From assembly GCA_024276825.1 (NCBI GenBank), contig JAJRWI010000004.1, forward strand, positions 13,723-77,722: a stretch of 64,000 nt of DNA. The letters are read 5' to 3'. The notes below the pieces were generated by a model that was not told the origin of the DNA, did not search any database, and saw nothing but the letters and a program-made list of their open reading frames with translations. Position numbers and translations under genes: made by a program. Below are positions 61,116 through 64,000 of the stretch, piece after piece (the stretch's first letter is position 1; each line of letters starts with the position of its first letter). Origin of the DNA: an archaeon (lineage in GTDB: Archaea > Asgardarchaeota > Thorarchaeia > Thorarchaeales > Thorarchaeaceae).

Positions 61116-61682
61116 TCAGTCCAGATATTGATCCAGCTTGCCCTCACTCTCCAGTTTCTGCATCCAGTCTATTCTCACAGTTGTGTCAGGACTGTTCAGT
61201 TGTTCGATAATACCCTCAGCCACAGCATTTGCATTTATTCCTGTCGTGTCAATCTCAACCACTCTTCCCTCTCCAAATGCATCTAGGGCATCCAATTGGC
61301 ATACGCCAATCACTTCTGCCTCAACATTCTCTCTAATCTTATCCTCCTTGTAGTCCCTATCTGCCAGCCTTCTTTTCAGCTCATCTGGGTGGGTTCGGAG
61401 AATGATCGCAAGTTTCACACGATAGCTAGGAACCAGATCGATATAATGGCCTTCAATGATTATGTCCTCTCCTTCTTCATCAAGAATTTCAACAAGTGCC
61501 TGAACAAGACAGTCCTCATCGATCACCTCTGTATCGCGTTCATCATCATGAGTGCTCAGACAATCATGTTCTCTTGCAAGTTCGCCCAATGACAGGACTC
61601 TCAATCCTAGTCTTTCAGACAGAATCTCAGCTGTTTCAGTCTTTCCTGTTCCTGGTGTACCACCAATTACTATTGCTTTCAT
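61116..61682 (-). CDS. Adenylate kinase AK6/Fap7 family
   Basis: GGTPGTGKT, IIEGH, LR..P..L..RL..R.Y...KI.EN..AE. Confidence 0.9.
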   Translation of the reverse strand: MKAIVIGGTPGTGKTETAEILSERLGLRVLSLGELAREHDCLSTHDDERDTEVIDEDCLVQALVEILDEEGEDIIIEGHYIDLVPSYRVKLAIILRTHPDELKRRLADRDYKEDKIRENVEAEVIGVCQLDALDAFGEGRVVEIDTTGINANAVAEGIIEQLNSPDTTVRIDWMQKLESEGKLDQYLD

Positions 61683-61767
61683 ATGTTTTTGCTAGACCAA
61701 GATACAAATAAGGACTAGGAAACCGTATATTGTATGAGTACAACATCTTGTCTGAGGAAAAAGCAGA

Positions 61768-62421
61768 ATGTATAGGGACAACTGGGAATCACGACAGTTC
61801 TTTCGTTCACTATTGATAGCTTCAATTCTCATATTGGTTGCAGCATATCTTTGGTGGTCCTATACACTGTTTGCTGTTCTGCTTGTAATTGGGTCGCTGT
61901 TCTTCTGTGTTCAAGGTTGCTGTCAGGGCGACTCCCTAGTTACAGGCGTGCAGATGAGAACACGAAAAAAGATGCTGAGACTTCTTCCGCCCGATGAGTT
62001 TTCGGAAGACATTGACATTTCCTTTGATGCCGAGGAGGACATTCCTCTTGACATACCACTTGATGTTCTTGAGGGTGTTGATCCCTTTATTCTTGGGAAG
62101 CTGGAAGAACTGGATATCACATATTTAGCTGACCTCATTGAATCAGACCCACATGTTTTGGCCGACCTCACTGGAATCTCGCTCAGTACCATCAAGTATT
62201 GGATTACTGACGCTAAAGTCATGCTCAAGTGTGCAGGTCTGATTGACCTCTATGAATTAAGCAATGCTAGCCCTGAATCAATCATGGAGGGCTTTGAAGT
62301 ATGTCTTGAACACGGTCTCATTCGTCTGCCCAATGGCTACAGGTTGACTATTGAAAAAGTAGAGCACTGGATCTCTGCAGCAAAGGATGAGATCACTCGT
62401 TTGGGGCTATATGACCGCTGA
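61768..62421 (+). CDS. Membrane-anchored helix-hairpin-helix (DUF4332-like) protein
   Basis: Two N-terminal TM helices; LEGVDP...KLEELDI..LADL; two ..W I..A units. Confidence 0.6.
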   Translation: MYRDNWESRQFFRSLLIASILILVAAYLWWSYTLFAVLLVIGSLFFCVQGCCQGDSLVTGVQMRTRKKMLRLLPPDEFSEDIDISFDAEEDIPLDIPLDVLEGVDPFILGKLEELDITYLADLIESDPHVLADLTGISLSTIKYWITDAKVMLKCAGLIDLYELSNASPESIMEGFEVCLEHGLIRLPNGYRLTIEKVEHWISAAKDEITRLGLYDR

Positions 62422-62998
62422 CAAGAATGATTATTCACAATACGCAATTGATAAAAGAAGAATAGAAATCAGCTACAAAAGTAAAATAGAAGGTCCTGAC
62501 AGAACCATGAACTTTGAGATTCGACAGTTTCAACCTGAGGACATAGGTTCAGTGATTAGTATTAATCGACTCTGTCTGCCTGAGAATTATCCCGAACAGT
62601 TCTTCATGGGTCTGTACTATCACGCGCCCAAGGCCTTCTTTGTGGCAGTATCCGAAGACAAAGTAATAGGATACATCATGTGTCGTATCGAAAGAGGGAT
62701 CTCTCACTTTAGCAGGCGTCCCATAAAAAAGGGTCATATTGTATCAATTGCTGTTAGACCTGAATATCGCAGACATGGCATAGGAACGACACTCATAGAG
62801 TCTGCCATTAATGGGATGATTGAATACGGCGCAATTGAAACATTCCTTGAAGTTCGTCAGTCAAATGTGGATGCAATATCAGTCTACGAATCACTCGGAT
62901 TTAAGGTAAAATCTGTACTCAAGGGCTACTATCGTGATGGCGAGAGTGCATATCTAATGGCAAAACGCCTTCTCACGGAGGACACATCTGTTGAGTGA
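62411..62998 (+). CDS. rimI: N-terminal acetyltransferase (Ard1/RimI-like GNAT)
   Basis: CLPENY, GYIMCRIE, KGHIVSIAV.PEYRR.GIG, LEVR.SN..AI..Y, YYRDGE.A. Confidence 0.92.
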   Translation: MTADKNDYSQYAIDKRRIEISYKSKIEGPDRTMNFEIRQFQPEDIGSVISINRLCLPENYPEQFFMGLYYHAPKAFFVAVSEDKVIGYIMCRIERGISHFSRRPIKKGHIVSIAVRPEYRRHGIGTTLIESAINGMIEYGAIETFLEVRQSNVDAISVYESLGFKVKSVLKGYYRDGESAYLMAKRLLTEDTSVE

Positions 62999-63905
62999 TA
63001 GGCCGATAAGAGTCCCCCTCATTCCAGAATGCTCTGCCTGCATTGTTCACAGTATTAACAGGTTTCTTCCAGTTATAGCTCCTGAATTTGAGAAGCAGAC
63101 CGAATATGTTAGACTCGTCTACTCATTACTTGCTGAGGGCTTTAAGAATAAGATTGATCCATTACCTCTATCAATCAAGATCTATAGTGAGCTTTACAGT
63201 CTTGCTGACATGTACGACCCCTACAAGGAAGTCAAGCAGGAGTCCAACAGGGCTGCACTCGAAGCACTTCCTTTTATTGATGAGAGAATATCCAAGTTCG
63301 ATGGTTGTGAGCGACTACGTGCAGTCTTGGCCGCTGCGATTGCTGGCAACATGATCGACTTCAACACAGCTGGTCATGAACCAGTTCTTGAAAGACTAGA
63401 AGTCGCCTATTCCGACATCTTGTCAAAGGGTTTCCAAATTGACGACTCGGCAAAGCTCTGGGAAATGTTGGTTGAGAAGACTGGGACTCTTGCTGTGCTT
63501 GCTGATAATGCTGGCGAGTCGATTCTTGATATTCCCTTGCTCCGATTTTTGAATGAGATGAACTGGGATATTGTCTATGTCGTGAAGGGAAAACCAATGA
63601 TCAATGATGTTACCGCTGATGATATCGAAGGGACTGAGATTGAAAAACTTGCTACCATATTGAGCTCTGGTGCATGGGCCCATGGGGTTCCTAGAGACCT
63701 TGTGAGTGAGGAATTCATGAACACCATGGCAAAGATGGACCTGGTGATATCCAAGGGTCAGGCAAATATCGAGTCGTTTCCCGAGATCCAAGATGATTTG
63801 AAGATTCCAACATTCTACGTGACTCGTGCAAAGTGTCCACACATATCTCGTATCATCGGTGCAGAGAAAGGCGACAATGTTGTTCTTTATCGATGCGTGT
63901 ATTAA
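62991..63905 (+). CDS. DUF89 / ARMT1-like damage-control phosphatase
   Basis: ECxxC, DPYK..K..SN, AIAGN.ID, DNAGE, P.INDVT, SKGQAN.E, AKC. Confidence 0.9.
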   Translation: MSDRPIRVPLIPECSACIVHSINRFLPVIAPEFEKQTEYVRLVYSLLAEGFKNKIDPLPLSIKIYSELYSLADMYDPYKEVKQESNRAALEALPFIDERISKFDGCERLRAVLAAAIAGNMIDFNTAGHEPVLERLEVAYSDILSKGFQIDDSAKLWEMLVEKTGTLAVLADNAGESILDIPLLRFLNEMNWDIVYVVKGKPMINDVTADDIEGTEIEKLATILSSGAWAHGVPRDLVSEEFMNTMAKMDLVISKGQANIESFPEIQDDLKIPTFYVTRAKCPHISRIIGAEKGDNVVLYRCVY

Positions 63906-64000
63906 AATGCAATATTGATGTCTACTGAGAATGGCAAACGGTCTTTGAAAAGATCATTAACTCAGTCTTAGCCCAAATTGCCAATGAATCTCACCCAAAT

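Noticed and set aside
1-64000. CRISPR arrays, tRNA/rRNA genes, IS elements, integrases, prophage genes
   Set aside because: None recognised by eye. Short or intron-containing tRNAs and small RNAs cannot be fully excluded without tRNAscan-SE or Infernal.

Overview
A gene-dense archaeal chromosomal segment of about 50 CDS, with no rRNA, tRNA, CRISPR array or transposase that I can recognise. Gene content points to an Asgard archaeon, most likely Thorarchaeia (inferred, no search run): a gelsolin-domain protein, two roadblock/LC7 proteins, two longin + winged-helix paralogues, NosD-like and Ig-repeat surface proteins, CDC48, and the archaeal HMG-CoA synthase/thiolase/DUF35 trio. Housekeeping genes include MetRS (interrupted by one in-frame TGA), the mevalonate entry trio, a PPAT-DUF359 CoA-synthesis fusion, Nnr, ThiR with a thiamine ABC transporter, an aminotransferase, a GH38 glycosidase, Hsp20-CDC48, AmmeMemoRadiSam, AK6, an Ard1-like acetyltransferase and a DUF89 phosphatase. 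The best leads are: (1) a tandem NPRL2/NPRL3 (GATOR1)-like pair near a roadblock gene; (2) a divergent topoisomerase VI pair with an altered TOPRIM DxD motif, followed by a coiled-coil/winged-helix protein and a PD-(D/E)xK nuclease; (3) a 26-32.5 kb cluster of gelsolin-like, polyproline, SNAP/TPR-Ig and V4R proteins; (4) a 1070-aa STAND-like NTPase with an unfamiliar Trp-rich helical repeat; (5) the TGA inside the MetRS zinc knuckle. All family calls come from motifs read by eye.
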